A DNA stretch of 64,000 nucleotides from an uncultured delta proteobacterium. GTDB lineage: Bacteria; Myxococcota_A; Polyangia; Polyangiales; JAFGIB01. The stretch covers positions 384,001-448,000 of the forward strand of contig CAVZVA010000009.1 in assembly GCA_963778655.1 (NCBI GenBank), read 5' to 3'. The notes beneath the pieces are model-generated. The model searched no databases. It was not told the origin of the DNA and saw only the letters and a list, made by a program, of their open reading frames with translations. Shown here piece after piece: positions 18,904 through 29,146 of the stretch (position 1 is its first letter; the number at the start of each line of letters is the position of its first letter). The position numbers and the translations under genes are program-made.

Positions 18904-20793
18904 GTGGCGGTTCGAGAGCTGAAGATTGGTGCTGGAGTGTGGTGGTTGCTGTTCGTGCTGCTGGGCTGCGGCACGACACAGAAAGGGGCGCAGCGCGGCT
19001 TCGACGCCGGTGCCGATGACGCGCAGGCCGGGGGGAGCCGCGAGGACGCGGCCACGCAGGCGGCCCCGGCGAAGTGCAACGAAAAGAGCTGCGACCCCAA
19101 CGCGGGCTGCGACGACTCGGGCGGCAGCGTGACCTGCACCTGCAACCCCGGCTACGAGGGCGACGGCAGCAGCTGCAGCGACGTCGACGAGTGCCAGGAC
19201 ACCCCCGGGCTGTGCGGCCCGCACGCCACCTGCATGAATCGCCCCGGCAGCTACGACTGCAAGTGCGACTCGACGGCGGCCATGAGCGGCGATCAGCAGT
19301 GTGCCGATCTGTGCGATCTGGCCAAGGCCGATCCCAACCAGTGCGACCCTAACGCGCAGTGCGCGATCCAGAAGGCCGGGGCGCTATGCAGCGAGTGCAT
19401 GCCCGGATACGTCGGCGACGGTCACACCTGCGTCGACCACAGGGCGGACTGCCCTGCCGAGTGCAACGGCAGCAGCGGCGGCGATCCGAACGCGGTCTGC
19501 GTGCAGGACGGCGGCGACTTTAGCTGCAAGTGCCGCCAGGGCTACGACGGCGATGTCGGAAGCTGCACCAACATCGACGAGTGCGCCACCATGTCGGACG
19601 CCTGCAGCGATCCCAACTCGAGCTGCGCCGATACCGATGGCGGTTTCCACTGCCCGTGCAACGCGGGGTTCGAGCAGATGGGCGGCAGCTGCCAGGACAT
19701 CGACGAATGCCAGCAGAAGCTGTTCAACTGCGACGGCAACGCCAGCTGCGTCAATGATATCGGCGGTTCCCCCGGCTACCACTGCGCCTGCACTTCGCCC
19801 TACGCGGGCGACGACGCCCACAACTGCTACTGCGACCTGAGCGGCTATTGGGCGATGCGGCAGGACGTGACCACCTGCTGGGACGAGCGCGCCCAGAGCG
19901 GGACGGTCTTCATCTCGCCGGGGGTCGCGCAGGCGAGCGTGTGGGAGCTGCACAAGTTCACCTACGACGGCAGCACGATCAAGACCGAGGCCGAGGCATG
20001 CGGCGACGATTCGGAGCCTGACCTGGTGAGCCCGCTGTTCGTCGAGACCTACTCGGCCTTCATCCCTGACCAGGTCTACTACGACATCGGCCTGGTCAAG
20101 GGCAAGGACATCGCGGCGCCCGGCATCGTCCCGGGCAACATGTTCAGCACCCCGGCTGAGGCCGCGCTGGCCGGCATCGAGCTCGACGGCGATCCGGAGA
20201 CCGCCGCGTGGCCGCTGGACGCGACCACCATCAGCGAGCCCGGAGGAGCGCTTCCCAGCTGGGTCGACACCGACAGCGACGGCGAGCCGGGCTTGACCCT
20301 GTGGTCGCACCTGCCGAGCGAGCAGACCCACGGCAGCACGTCCGCCAACCCCTCGCACTACAGCTACTTGCCGGCGAAGCTGGAGCAGGACAGCAGCGGC
20401 AACGTGTTCGTCAGCGAGCGCGCGGCCTGCGTCAGCGTGGCGACGCGCGTCATTTCCATGCTCAACGCGGACGTCGATAGCTGCGATCGGCTCACCGGCG
20501 AGGTGCTCAACCTCAAGACCGAGGGCCGCGTGCACAGCTGCGTGCTGATAGACCAGGCCAACTGGGGCAATGACCGCAGCTGCGACGCCAGCGCCTGGCC
20601 GGCGTCGAATCCGTGCGACCCAGGCTCGATGGAAGTCTCGTCGCTCGACGGACAGGACCAGAGTCAGAACACCAAGGCCACCTTCGAGCTGGTCAAGATC
20701 GGCGAGCTGGGCGACAGTGTCGACTGCGCCGCGGTGCGGGCCGCCCTGCCCGCCATCGATCACGGCACCCCGCCCGCCTCCTGCCCCTTCTGA
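18904..20793 (+). CDS. Lipoprotein with multiple calcium-binding EGF-like repeats and an uncharacterised C-terminal domain
   Basis: Lipobox LLGC; DVDEC/NIDEC/DIDEC and CxCxxGYxGDG repeats; DTDSDGEPG motif. Confidence 0.85.
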   Translation: MAVRELKIGAGVWWLLFVLLGCGTTQKGAQRGFDAGADDAQAGGSREDAATQAAPAKCNEKSCDPNAGCDDSGGSVTCTCNPGYEGDGSSCSDVDECQDTPGLCGPHATCMNRPGSYDCKCDSTAAMSGDQQCADLCDLAKADPNQCDPNAQCAIQKAGALCSECMPGYVGDGHTCVDHRADCPAECNGSSGGDPNAVCVQDGGDFSCKCRQGYDGDVGSCTNIDECATMSDACSDPNSSCADTDGGFHCPCNAGFEQMGGSCQDIDECQQKLFNCDGNASCVNDIGGSPGYHCACTSPYAGDDAHNCYCDLSGYWAMRQDVTTCWDERAQSGTVFISPGVAQASVWELHKFTYDGSTIKTEAEACGDDSEPDLVSPLFVETYSAFIPDQVYYDIGLVKGKDIAAPGIVPGNMFSTPAEAALAGIELDGDPETAAWPLDATTISEPGGALPSWVDTDSDGEPGLTLWSHLPSEQTHGSTSANPSHYSYLPAKLEQDSSGNVFVSERAACVSVATRVISMLNADVDSCDRLTGEVLNLKTEGRVHSCVLIDQANWGNDRSCDASAWPASNPCDPGSMEVSSLDGQDQSQNTKATFELVKIGELGDSVDCAAVRAALPAIDHGTPPASCPF

Positions 20794-20855
20794 CGGCACC
20801 GCCCGAGGGCGCGGGTCAACGCCAGCGACCACGCGAGACCGACCGACTCCAGGTG

Positions 20856-22640
20856 ATGATGCGCAGCCGCACCTCGCTTCCCACGCTCGCAGCCATTGCG
20901 CTCTTGTGCGCGCTGCCTTCGCGCGCGCATGCCGGCGGCTATGAGCTGCTGCCGGGCGGCACGCAATCGGTCGCGCGCGGCGGTGCCGTCGCCGCGCGTC
21001 CCGAGGACGCGATGCTGCTGGAGCACGACCCGGCCGGACTGTCGCTGCTCTCCGGCAACCAGATGCTGCTGAACATCGACGCGCCCTTCCACCACATGTG
21101 CGAGGATCCCTACGGCTACTACGGCTGGGGCATCTACCAGAGGGGCAGCAGCGAGTTCGGCGATCCGTTCGAGGTCAAGGTCGACAAGAACGGCAAGCCC
21201 ATCATCGGCGATACTTATGCCACGACGCCATTGCCGGAGGTCTGCAACTCGGGCCGCGTGGTCGGCCTGCCGCAGCTGGCCTGGGTAGGCAAGCTGACCG
21301 ACGACCTGGCGATCGCGGGCGGGTTCGTGGCCCCCACCCTGGTCGCGGGCCTGCAGTTCGGCGGCGCCGACGGAACGATTGCGGTCGACGGCCGGGCGCT
21401 GCCCACGCCCACGCGCTACCAGTTGATCCGCCAGCAGGTGAAGTTCGCGTTGGCCCCGAGCGTGGGCGTCGGCTACCGGCTGGCGCAACAGCTCCAGCTC
21501 GGGGTCGCGCTGCAGGTCGCCATGGTCAACGCGACCAGCCGCGCGGTCCAGAACGCCACCTCGGGCACCCAGCCCTCGAGCGATTGGCTGGTCGACGTCA
21601 ATGCGCACGACTATTTCATTCCCTCGCTGACCGTCTCCGCGCACAGCAAGCCGATCCCCCCGCTCGATCTGATGGTGGCCTTTCGCTGGACCGACAGCTT
21701 CAACGGCTCGGGTAAGGCCACGATCGAGACCAACACCTATCACGAGGGCTCCACCTCGGGGGGCGTGCCGTACACCAACGCGCCGTTTCACCTGTCGCTG
21801 ATCGAGGTGCCGGTGCCGTGGGCGCTCACGTTTGGCGCCCGCTACGCTGGGTTGCTGCCCGGCGCGGACGCCGGCGCGGGCAAGCGGCGCGGCCTGGGTG
21901 ATCCGCTCGACCGCGAGCTGTGGGACGTCGAGCTCGACGCCACCTACGAGCTCAACCATCAGGCGAGCAAGAACACGGCTCAGGCCAGCGGCAACGTGAC
22001 CGTGATCTCGCGTATTGCGGGCGGCGGCGGCGACGTCACCACGGTCGACTCGTCGGACCTCTCGCAGGTGGCGGTGGACCGCCACATGCGCGACGCGGTC
22101 ACGGTGCGTGCCGGCGGCAGCTTCAGCGTGCTGCCGCGTAAGGTCGCGCTCGAGGCCGGCCTCTTCTACGAGACGCGCGGCCAGGACCCGGCGTACGCCA
22201 ACATCGACTCCTTCGCCTTTGCGCGCGTCGGTTTCGGGCTGGGCGCGATGTGGCGTGTCGGCAGCTTCGACTTGGTTGCGGCCTACGGCCACATCTTCCA
22301 GGAGACCGTGGAGGTGGCGCCTCCGCGCCACCAGGTCGCGGAGCAGGGCAGCAAGACGGACCCCACGGCCGGGTTCGATCAACGCGTGGGCGGCAAGCTG
22401 AACGACTTTGGCGTAAGGGTGTATGCCGGCGATCCGAGCGACGACCCGAAGAACCCCGCGCTGGAACCCACCGTGCTCTCCGACCCTACGGCGCCTTCGC
22501 CGGCCAAGGCGGACGCAGTCGCGCGCGTGCAGCAGTCGGTCGCCGTGCCCAACGGCGTGCGCTCCAAGCGCGTGATCAACGCGGGCAAGTACAGCGCGTC
22601 GTTCAACATTGTCTCGGTGGGCGCGGTCTACCACTTTTGA
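20856..22640 (+). CDS. FadL/TodX-like outer-membrane transport beta-barrel
   Basis: Signal AHA then GG...GTQSVARGGAVAARPEDA...HDPAGL (FadL hatch); DAVTVRAGG; terminal YHF. Confidence 0.75.
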   Translation: MMRSRTSLPTLAAIALLCALPSRAHAGGYELLPGGTQSVARGGAVAARPEDAMLLEHDPAGLSLLSGNQMLLNIDAPFHHMCEDPYGYYGWGIYQRGSSEFGDPFEVKVDKNGKPIIGDTYATTPLPEVCNSGRVVGLPQLAWVGKLTDDLAIAGGFVAPTLVAGLQFGGADGTIAVDGRALPTPTRYQLIRQQVKFALAPSVGVGYRLAQQLQLGVALQVAMVNATSRAVQNATSGTQPSSDWLVDVNAHDYFIPSLTVSAHSKPIPPLDLMVAFRWTDSFNGSGKATIETNTYHEGSTSGGVPYTNAPFHLSLIEVPVPWALTFGARYAGLLPGADAGAGKRRGLGDPLDRELWDVELDATYELNHQASKNTAQASGNVTVISRIAGGGGDVTTVDSSDLSQVAVDRHMRDAVTVRAGGSFSVLPRKVALEAGLFYETRGQDPAYANIDSFAFARVGFGLGAMWRVGSFDLVAAYGHIFQETVEVAPPRHQVAEQGSKTDPTAGFDQRVGGKLNDFGVRVYAGDPSDDPKNPALEPTVLSDPTAPSPAKADAVARVQQSVAVPNGVRSKRVINAGKYSASFNIVSVGAVYHF

Positions 22641-22785
22641 GAGCCGGGCGCGCGGCGCGCGGCGTAGCGATGTCGAGCCGGGGGCCGGAGGCGGGCGCAG
22701 GCGAGCACGAGCACAATTACGGGTACTCGTGCTGGGGCGCGGGTTGGTTGTGATGGTTGTAGGTGAGCTTGGGCGGGCGTTCGCT

Positions 22786-24300
22786 ATGCTGAACGGGATG
22801 CTGCGCTGGTTGCCTTGGCTTGTGCTTCCCGTGTGCGCGTGCGGTGCGTGCGGCGCTCCGCCCGCCACGCCCGCGCTGCCGCCCCTGGCTTCGCCGCCTG
22901 CGGCGGATCGGGCGGTGCCTGCGGTCACGCCGCCGCCGCTGTCCGAGCGGCCTGCGCAGGACCCCGCGCAGCCGCTGCGCTACGTGGCCATCGGCGGCGG
23001 CTCGAGCCCGGACAACACCGAGGTCTCGCTCGAGCAGGATCTGGCCCTGGCGCAGCAGGCGCTGCCCGGCCCCGGTGCGTTGCTGTTCGCGGGCGGTCGG
23101 GACAGCCTGAGCGTGCGGACCGTCAGCGATCAGCCGGCCACGGACGAGCTGCTGGTACGGCTGGGCGAGCTGTTCGCGCCGCGCGTCGAGCACCGCAGCC
23201 AGTTTCGTGCACCGCAGCTGCAGGCCGGCCCCGCCAGCCTGGCCGCAGTGCGGGCGGAGCTGACCGCCGCGCTGTCGCACGGCGACGGCCCGTTGCTGGT
23301 GTACATCGCGGCCCACGGCGAGCAAGGCGACCAGGCGCGTGACAACGCGGTGGTGTTGTGGGGCGGCGGGAGCCTCAGCGTCGAGGCGCTGGCGCGGCTG
23401 CAGGCGGCCCACCCGCGGCCGCTGCGCCTGATCTCGGCCAGCTGCTTCTCGGGCGGCTTCGCGGAGCTGGCGTTCGCCGGCGCCGACCCAGCGAACGGCC
23501 CGGCGCGCGCGCCGCGCTGCGGGTTGTTCGCGGGCACCTGGGACCGCGAGACCAGCGGCTGTGATCCGGATCCCGACCGCCGCAATCAGGAGGGCTACAG
23601 CCTGCACCTGCTGCAGGCGTTGCGCGGCCGCGACCGCGACGGTACGCCGCTGCGCTCTGGCGAGCTCGACCTCGATGGCGACGGCCACATCAGCTTGCTC
23701 GAAGCACACACCCGCGCGGTGATCGCTGCCGAGTCGATCGACGTGCCCACGACCACCTCCGAGCGCTACCTGCGCGCGGTGCAGACCAGGCCCGAAGGCA
23801 GGCTCGAGCGGGCGTTGCTGCCCGAGGTCGCCGCCGTGATCGATCGCCTCGGTGCGCGCCTGGGGCTGCCGAGCGAGCGCGCCGCGCGCGCGCGCTGGGA
23901 CGAAGCCGACCGCCGCCTCAACCAGCTCGACCAGCGCCTCGACGACAGCGACCAGCGCGCGCAGCGCAGCTTCGGCGAGCTCTCGGCGCGCCTGCTCGCG
24001 CGCTGGCCCGTGCTGGACGACCCTTACCACCCGCAGTTCGCGCCCACGCTGGCGCGCGATCGCGAGCAGATCGAGCATGCGCTCGCGGACTGGCCGGAGG
24101 CGCAGCGCTACGCCGCGGAGCAGCGCGAGCAGGACGAGCAGGAGGCGCGCTACGAGCGGGCCGAGGTCGATGAAGCGCTGGTCACGCGGCTGCTGCGCGC
24201 CTACGAGACGCTAGGGCTGGCGAGCGCGCTGCACGCGCGCGGCGGCCCGCAATGGGCCTATTATCGGCGCCTTCTGAGCTGCGAGCGGTTCGTGCCGTAG
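22786..24300 (+). CDS. Exported caspase/hemoglobinase-fold (C13/C14-like) peptidase with EF-hand-like loop and coiled-coil C-terminus
   Basis: LLVYIAAHG and LISASCFSGGF (His-Cys dyad); DLDGDGHISLLEA. Confidence 0.7.
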   Translation: MLNGMLRWLPWLVLPVCACGACGAPPATPALPPLASPPAADRAVPAVTPPPLSERPAQDPAQPLRYVAIGGGSSPDNTEVSLEQDLALAQQALPGPGALLFAGGRDSLSVRTVSDQPATDELLVRLGELFAPRVEHRSQFRAPQLQAGPASLAAVRAELTAALSHGDGPLLVYIAAHGEQGDQARDNAVVLWGGGSLSVEALARLQAAHPRPLRLISASCFSGGFAELAFAGADPANGPARAPRCGLFAGTWDRETSGCDPDPDRRNQEGYSLHLLQALRGRDRDGTPLRSGELDLDGDGHISLLEAHTRAVIAAESIDVPTTTSERYLRAVQTRPEGRLERALLPEVAAVIDRLGARLGLPSERAARARWDEADRRLNQLDQRLDDSDQRAQRSFGELSARLLARWPVLDDPYHPQFAPTLARDREQIEHALADWPEAQRYAAEQREQDEQEARYERAEVDEALVTRLLRAYETLGLASALHARGGPQWAYYRRLLSCERFVP

Positions 24301-24307
24301 CGAGTAA

Positions 24308-24333
24308 GCGGGAGGGGCCCGCGCCCCTCCCGC
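24308..24333 (+). terminator. 11-bp GC stem-loop directly after the peptidase gene
   Basis: gcgggaggggc-ccgc-gcccctcccgc. Confidence 0.5.
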
Positions 24334-24403
24334 CCCCGGGCCTGCTGGAGTCGGGGCCGAAGGCGGCGTGACGCGCAGCCATCCACGCGGTAAAGGTTAA
24401 GCC

Positions 24404-24778
24404 ATGCGGCTGAGCGCAGCGGCGCTGCTCGGGCTGGCGGCTCTCGGCTGCGGCGGCAAGGCGAACGCCCCACCCCCGCCGGTCGCAAAGGTCGCCACCC
24501 TGCGGCCGCAGCCCAAGCCCGGCGAGCGGGTGCGCCAGCCCGAGCTCGACAGCTACTGCGCTGAGCCCGCGCGCTCGCTGGCGTTCTACTACCACGGCGG
24601 CAGACCGGTCATCGCGCTCGCCCACAAGGACGGCTGCGCCCCGCTCTTCATCAGCGACTGCGAGGCCCAGGGTCACTGCTATCCTCCCCGCGATCAGGAG
24701 CCCGGCATGTGGTGTTGCTCGCCCAGCTCCTCGAAGTCGCTCGCCAGTGCGCACGCGAGCGCCACCCGCGAACCTTGA
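24404..24778 (+). CDS. Small Cys-containing lipoprotein
   Basis: Lipobox ALGC; six further Cys. Confidence 0.55.
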   Translation: MRLSAAALLGLAALGCGGKANAPPPPVAKVATLRPQPKPGERVRQPELDSYCAEPARSLAFYYHGGRPVIALAHKDGCAPLFISDCEAQGHCYPPRDQEPGMWCCSPSSSKSLASAHASATREP

Positions 24779-24901
24779 GCGTTGCGTCCCTCTGGGGCGC
24801 TGTTTCGAGGATGCAACAGCAAGACGGGAAGAACCGCTACCCGTCCTGCTGTGACTCTCCTCGCTCCGAGCCGAGCGCAGCTTTGCGCAGGCCGAGCCGA
24901 A

Positions 24902-26314
24902 TCAGAACGCGCCCTCGACGCCGCCGGCGAGGTCGAGGTTGAGCATGAAGCGGGGCAGCTGCGCATCGATTTCCGGCGAGAGGATGAACCCGAAGTTGCG
25001 ATGCACCCGGATGCGCACGTTGACGCCGGTGTGCACCCCGAACGGGCCCGAGACGGCAAACGGCGCCGGACGCTTCGGATCCTTGGGTGGCGGCTTGGCC
25101 TGGATCTGCCCGACGGTGGCGCCGAAGAACCACGACACGGGCACGCCTGTGGCCTTGTCCATCTCGGAGAACAAGTACTCGCCGCGTATCCCTATCAGCA
25201 GGTTTGCCAGGGTGCCCTTGCCCGCCTTGAATTGAATCCGCACCGGCAGCGAGAGGCCGAAGCGCTTGCTGATGAAATAGCCGGGGTTGAGCCGCAACGC
25301 CAGCGCAGGCACGAACCCCGGCTTTTCCACCCGCACGCAGTAGCTGCTCGGCTCACGCGTCGCGTACAGCTTGCCGTCCTTGCCCATGACGTCCGGTGGT
25401 CCGCTGGCCTTGCCATCCGCGGCGCAGCTCTTGGTCAGTGGCGAGCGGCCGCGCATGTCAGGCGTGGCCTTTGGCGGATAGTCGTCGTAGGAATCGGCAT
25501 CGGGCACCCACGCGCTGCTGTCGTCGAACAGGTAGCGGGTGACGGTTTCGCCCATGTCGTTCTCGTCGATCTTGCCGTCCGCGTTCGTATCCATGGCGGC
25601 CGGCAGCACGACTTGCTGCTCCGTGAACACCTCCACCGGAGCCGTGGTCCCTGGATAGAAGCCGCCGGGCGGCTTGGAGTCCGCCTTCATGCCCTGCTGC
25701 ACGTATGCCAAGCCGCCGACGAGCTCGAGCCCGAAGAAGCCGCGCGCGAAGTCGGTCGGACCGCTCGACTCCTCGCCCGGGCCGCCGCACTTGACGCCTG
25801 GCGGACATTCCACGTCCATGCGTGGGGCGCCGTAGCTCTGCTGCGCCGCGACCGCGGGCGGCGCCACCGCAGCTGGATACGCGCCGGTTGCAGCGGGCGG
25901 CGGCGGCGCCGTGCCGGGTCCGCACGCGCCGCTCTGGGCGTCCTGCTGGGCCTGCAGGAACACCTGCTGCACATCGGGCGTGCTCAGCAGCGGATCGAGC
26001 TGTACGTCCGGCTGCATGCACAGCGCGCTGACGAATGCGGTCAAGCCCTGGTCGCGGTCGCTCATGCCTGCGACGTACACCACGCCGAGGTCCATGTAGC
26101 TCTGGGCGACCACCGGTCCGCCCAGGCCGGACTGCTGCGCCAGCGCGATGGCCTGCTCGAGCTTGGCGCGCGCGGTGTCGAGATCGAGCGACTGGTACGC
26201 GTCCAGCGCTTGCCGGTTCAAGTCCGCGATCTGCGTGTCGGCCTGAGCCTGGGCCACGCTTGCCGTCCACAGTGCTGCACAGACGGTTAGAGGGATTAGC
26301 GACGATCTCCGCAT
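24902..26314 (-). CDS. TPR + Pro/Ala linker + outer-membrane beta-barrel protein with large inserted loop
   Basis: Signal AQA; helical TPR region; DTNADGKIDEND loop; terminal GVEGAF. Confidence 0.7.
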   Translation of the reverse strand: MRRSSLIPLTVCAALWTASVAQAQADTQIADLNRQALDAYQSLDLDTARAKLEQAIALAQQSGLGGPVVAQSYMDLGVVYVAGMSDRDQGLTAFVSALCMQPDVQLDPLLSTPDVQQVFLQAQQDAQSGACGPGTAPPPPAATGAYPAAVAPPAVAAQQSYGAPRMDVECPPGVKCGGPGEESSGPTDFARGFFGLELVGGLAYVQQGMKADSKPPGGFYPGTTAPVEVFTEQQVVLPAAMDTNADGKIDENDMGETVTRYLFDDSSAWVPDADSYDDYPPKATPDMRGRSPLTKSCAADGKASGPPDVMGKDGKLYATREPSSYCVRVEKPGFVPALALRLNPGYFISKRFGLSLPVRIQFKAGKGTLANLLIGIRGEYLFSEMDKATGVPVSWFFGATVGQIQAKPPPKDPKRPAPFAVSGPFGVHTGVNVRIRVHRNFGFILSPEIDAQLPRFMLNLDLAGGVEGAF

Positions 26315-26576
26315 TCGTTCCGTTCTTCCGGTGAGCCCCCCGTCAAACCACATTTGCCCGCCAGTGAAAACCTCTTCGTTGCCGTGGCCGAATGCCGCCG
26401 CAGACGCCCAGGATATGAGGGGGTGCTCATGTTCGTTGCCAAACCGGGAGCGGGGCGATGGTAGGCGAATGCGGTGCAGGTTCACCAGAGGCTCGCGGCG
26501 GCATACGACGTGCGCAACGCGCGGCGCGTGAGCGGGTTACTGACCGCCCGGCTTGCTGGAATCGCCGCGACCGATC

Positions 26577-26894
26577 TCACCGCGTCAGCAGCGGCTTGCA
26601 GATCCCCTGCGTCGCCGTAACTTGCACGCAATCGAGGCCGTTGGGGCAGTTGGTCTTGTCATGGCACGGCTCGTAGCAGTAGCCGTTGGTGCAGGTCGCG
26701 GTGTTGCTGAAGGCCTGGCACTGCACCTGCGATTGGCACGCCAGCGTGCACACGCTGTTGGTGCAGGAGAGGCCCTGGGCGCACGACATGGCCGCGGTGC
26801 ATTCCTCGCCATACTTGCCCAGCGACGCCTTGGAGCTTCCGCCGCAGGCGGCCAGAGTGAACAGCGCGATCGAGCACCAACCGATTCGACTCAT
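26577..26894 (-). CDS. Small Cys-rich lipoprotein (105 aa)
   Basis: GGAGG SD; lipobox LAAC; 12 further Cys in repeated disulfide-rich units. Confidence 0.8.
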   Translation of the reverse strand: MSRIGWCSIALFTLAACGGSSKASLGKYGEECTAAMSCAQGLSCTNSVCTLACQSQVQCQAFSNTATCTNGYCYEPCHDKTNCPNGLDCVQVTATQGICKPLLTR

Positions 26895-27004
26895 CGAGCC
26901 CCTACCTCCCAAGCTGTGCCAGCATAGCCGCAAGCCCGTCCGGCACAAAGGTCCCCATGTGGAAACGTCGCTTGGCCGGGGGAGGACGGGGCCCGACCGC
27001 TGCC

Positions 27005-27799
27005 CTACCGGCCCGGCTTTTCGTCCACGACGGTTGCGCGCTTGACATAGTCGAGCCGGGGGAACTCCTTTTTTAGATACGCGTTGCCTTCGGTTTGAAT
27101 GCGTGCTTGCGAAGGGCCTGCGCCGGCCGGCGCGCCCTCGCCGTAGCCGGCATAGAGCGCCGACGCGGTGGCCAGCTCCCGCACGCGCCCGAACGGCACG
27201 AAGCCGAGGCGATCGAGGCCCTCGTTGTCGGCCAGGTTGATGAAGACCTGCGTCGTGCGGCTGTTCCTGCCGCTGGCGGCGAAGCTGACCATGCCGCGGA
27301 CGTTGCTCTGGGCCGGAGGGTCGTCGGCGAGGCGCAGCGATCGCCAGGCGCGGTTGACCTCGGGGTCGCCGTTCAGGCCGATCTGCGCGATGAAGCCGTC
27401 GATGACTCGAAAGAAGGCGTTGCCATCGTAGAAGCCGGTGCGCACCAGCCTGTAGAAGCGATCGGCGGCGTGGGGCGCCCAGCTCCTGCGCACGTCGATG
27501 TTCAGGTCGCCGCTCGAGGTCTCCATCAGCACGGTGAAACGCTCGGGCGCGGGCGCATCCTGGGGCGAGGGCTGCCGCAGCTCGGGGTCCGGGCCCCGGG
27601 GCGCAGCCGGCGCCTGCTTCGGCGCGACCGCAGCCGCGGCCGGCGCGGGGGCTTGCGCTGGGGCGGCGGCCGCAGGCTCCGGCGTAGGGGGAGCGGGCGC
27701 GGGCCCCGCCGGCGGCGGGCTTGGCCGGCATGCGGCCAGCAGGGCAGCCGCCACGACCAGTCGTGGCACGAGAGCGCGCGCTTGCACGATCGAGCACAT
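27005..27799 (-). CDS. Cyclophilin-type peptidyl-prolyl isomerase (lipoprotein)
   Basis: GFYDGNAFFRVIDGFIAQIG, SRTTQVFINLADN, FVPFGRV; lipobox LAAC. Confidence 0.9.
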   Translation of the reverse strand: MCSIVQARALVPRLVVAAALLAACRPSPPPAGPAPAPPTPEPAAAAPAQAPAPAAAAVAPKQAPAAPRGPDPELRQPSPQDAPAPERFTVLMETSSGDLNIDVRRSWAPHAADRFYRLVRTGFYDGNAFFRVIDGFIAQIGLNGDPEVNRAWRSLRLADDPPAQSNVRGMVSFAASGRNSRTTQVFINLADNEGLDRLGFVPFGRVRELATASALYAGYGEGAPAGAGPSQARIQTEGNAYLKKEFPRLDYVKRATVVDEKPGR

Positions 27800-27913
27800 G
27801 GACAGGATTCCTTGGCTGTGCGAAAGCAAGAGGGTACGGCAGGACCGGCCTCGCGCCGAAGATTCGGTCCGCCGGCGGCGACCCTAGAAGGGGCGGGTGC
27901 CGGCTGAATCGGC

Positions 27914-27941
27914 TTGACCAATACCAGTTTTGCTATAACTT
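27914..27941 (+). promoter_or_regulatory. Sigma70-type promoter candidate (TTGACC ... TGCTATAACTT) ending just before the ATG
   Basis: AT-rich island with -35 and extended -10-like elements; no SD before ATG 27946/27949. Confidence 0.5.
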
Positions 27942-27945
27942 TACA

Positions 27946-28608
27946 ATGATGCGGTTTTCGCGATCCGACCGGCCGAGACCCGCCTCGGCGCTGCTTCTGA
28001 TGCTTGCCCTGCTCGGGGTGCTGGCGGGGGTGGCCCCGGTCCAGGCAGGAGTCGACAACAGCACCAATTTCACCAAGGACGAGTGGCGACGTCTGGACGC
28101 CGGGCAGCTGGTGCTGCGGCCGTCGACGCGCTTTCAGGGCGGCATGCGGCTGATGGGCGGCTCCAGCTGGCAGGTGATCAACGCCTCACCCGATGTGGTG
28201 TGGAAGGCGTTGCTCGACACCTCACACTATGGCCGCATGATGCCGCGCGTGCTCGAGGCGCGCCTGGTGGGCGCGCGCGACAACGTGCGCACGGTGTTCA
28301 TGCGCCAGGGCGCACGCGGATTGCTCGAGACCAGCTACTACCTGACCGTGCGTGTGCACGAGCCGCAGCGCGACATCACATTCACGATCGATGATCGCAA
28401 GCCGCACGATCTCAAGGCGGCCTGGGGCTTCTACACCGTGCGCCCGTATCGCGCGGGCAAGACCCTGCTCGCCTACGGCGTCATGGCCGACCTCGGGGGC
28501 GGGCCGCTGCTCGGATTGATGCGAGAGAGCGTGCACGAGTGGATGCTGCGAACGCCCTGGATGATCAAGAAGTTCCTCGAGGGCAGCGGCCGGCGCTTCT
28601 ACCGCTGA
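27946..28608 (+). CDS. Exported SRPBCC/START (polyketide cyclase-like) family protein
   Basis: INASPDVVWKALLDTSHYGRMMPRV; signal peptide ending VQA. Confidence 0.75.
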   Translation: MMRFSRSDRPRPASALLLMLALLGVLAGVAPVQAGVDNSTNFTKDEWRRLDAGQLVLRPSTRFQGGMRLMGGSSWQVINASPDVVWKALLDTSHYGRMMPRVLEARLVGARDNVRTVFMRQGARGLLETSYYLTVRVHEPQRDITFTIDDRKPHDLKAAWGFYTVRPYRAGKTLLAYGVMADLGGGPLLGLMRESVHEWMLRTPWMIKKFLEGSGRRFYR

Positions 28609-28735
28609 TCGCGGCGCGCGCAGCGGCCGTTTGCGCTGCGTCAACGACGCCCCCAGGCGAGGGCGTACATCCTCTGGGTCCGAGGCGCCGCGCGGCCGCA
28701 GGCCGCGCTGGAGCTTCTCTACCCCGAGGTCCACC

Positions 28736-28918
28736 ATGAAGACCCACGCCGATCTCACGCCCGACACCCTGGCCCGCAACATGTTCATCATCACCCTAGC
28801 CGGCGTGCTGGCATACATCTTGGCGGTGCTCGCGATGAACGCGTCCGCCGCGGGCCAGTCGCGTATGGACCCAGCGCCTCCCACGGCCGTGGTGGCGTCG
28901 GCGGCGCTGAGCCGCTGA
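28736..28918 (+). CDS. Small single-TM hypothetical protein (60 aa)
   Basis: GAGGT SD; MFIITLAGVLAYILAVLAM hydrophobic helix. Confidence 0.6.
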   Translation: MKTHADLTPDTLARNMFIITLAGVLAYILAVLAMNASAAGQSRMDPAPPTAVVASAALSR

Positions 28919-28950
28919 CGCTCGCGGGCGCAGCGTCGCTCGCTCAGGCC

Positions 28951-29088
28951 GTGAACGCGGCCGAGGCCGACCCGGGCTGGTTGCTGGGATCGATCGCGGC
29001 CGGCGGCCTGATGGGTGTGTTCGGCGGGCTGCTGCTCGCGGTGCGCGCCGCGCGTGTCTCGCCGATCGCCGCGATGCCCGGCGAGTGA
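28951..29088 (+). pseudogene. Orphan C-terminal fragment of an FtsX/MacB-type ABC permease
   Basis: Hand translation ...LLGSIAAGGLMGVFGGLLLAVRAARVSPIAAMPGE* resembles the family terminus GLxPAxRAARxxPxxAxRxE. Confidence 0.5.
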
Positions 29089-29146
29089 GCACGGGCGGTC
29101 GCGCCGGACCGGGCGAGCAAGCGCGGAATCGCCGCGCCGCCCTTGC

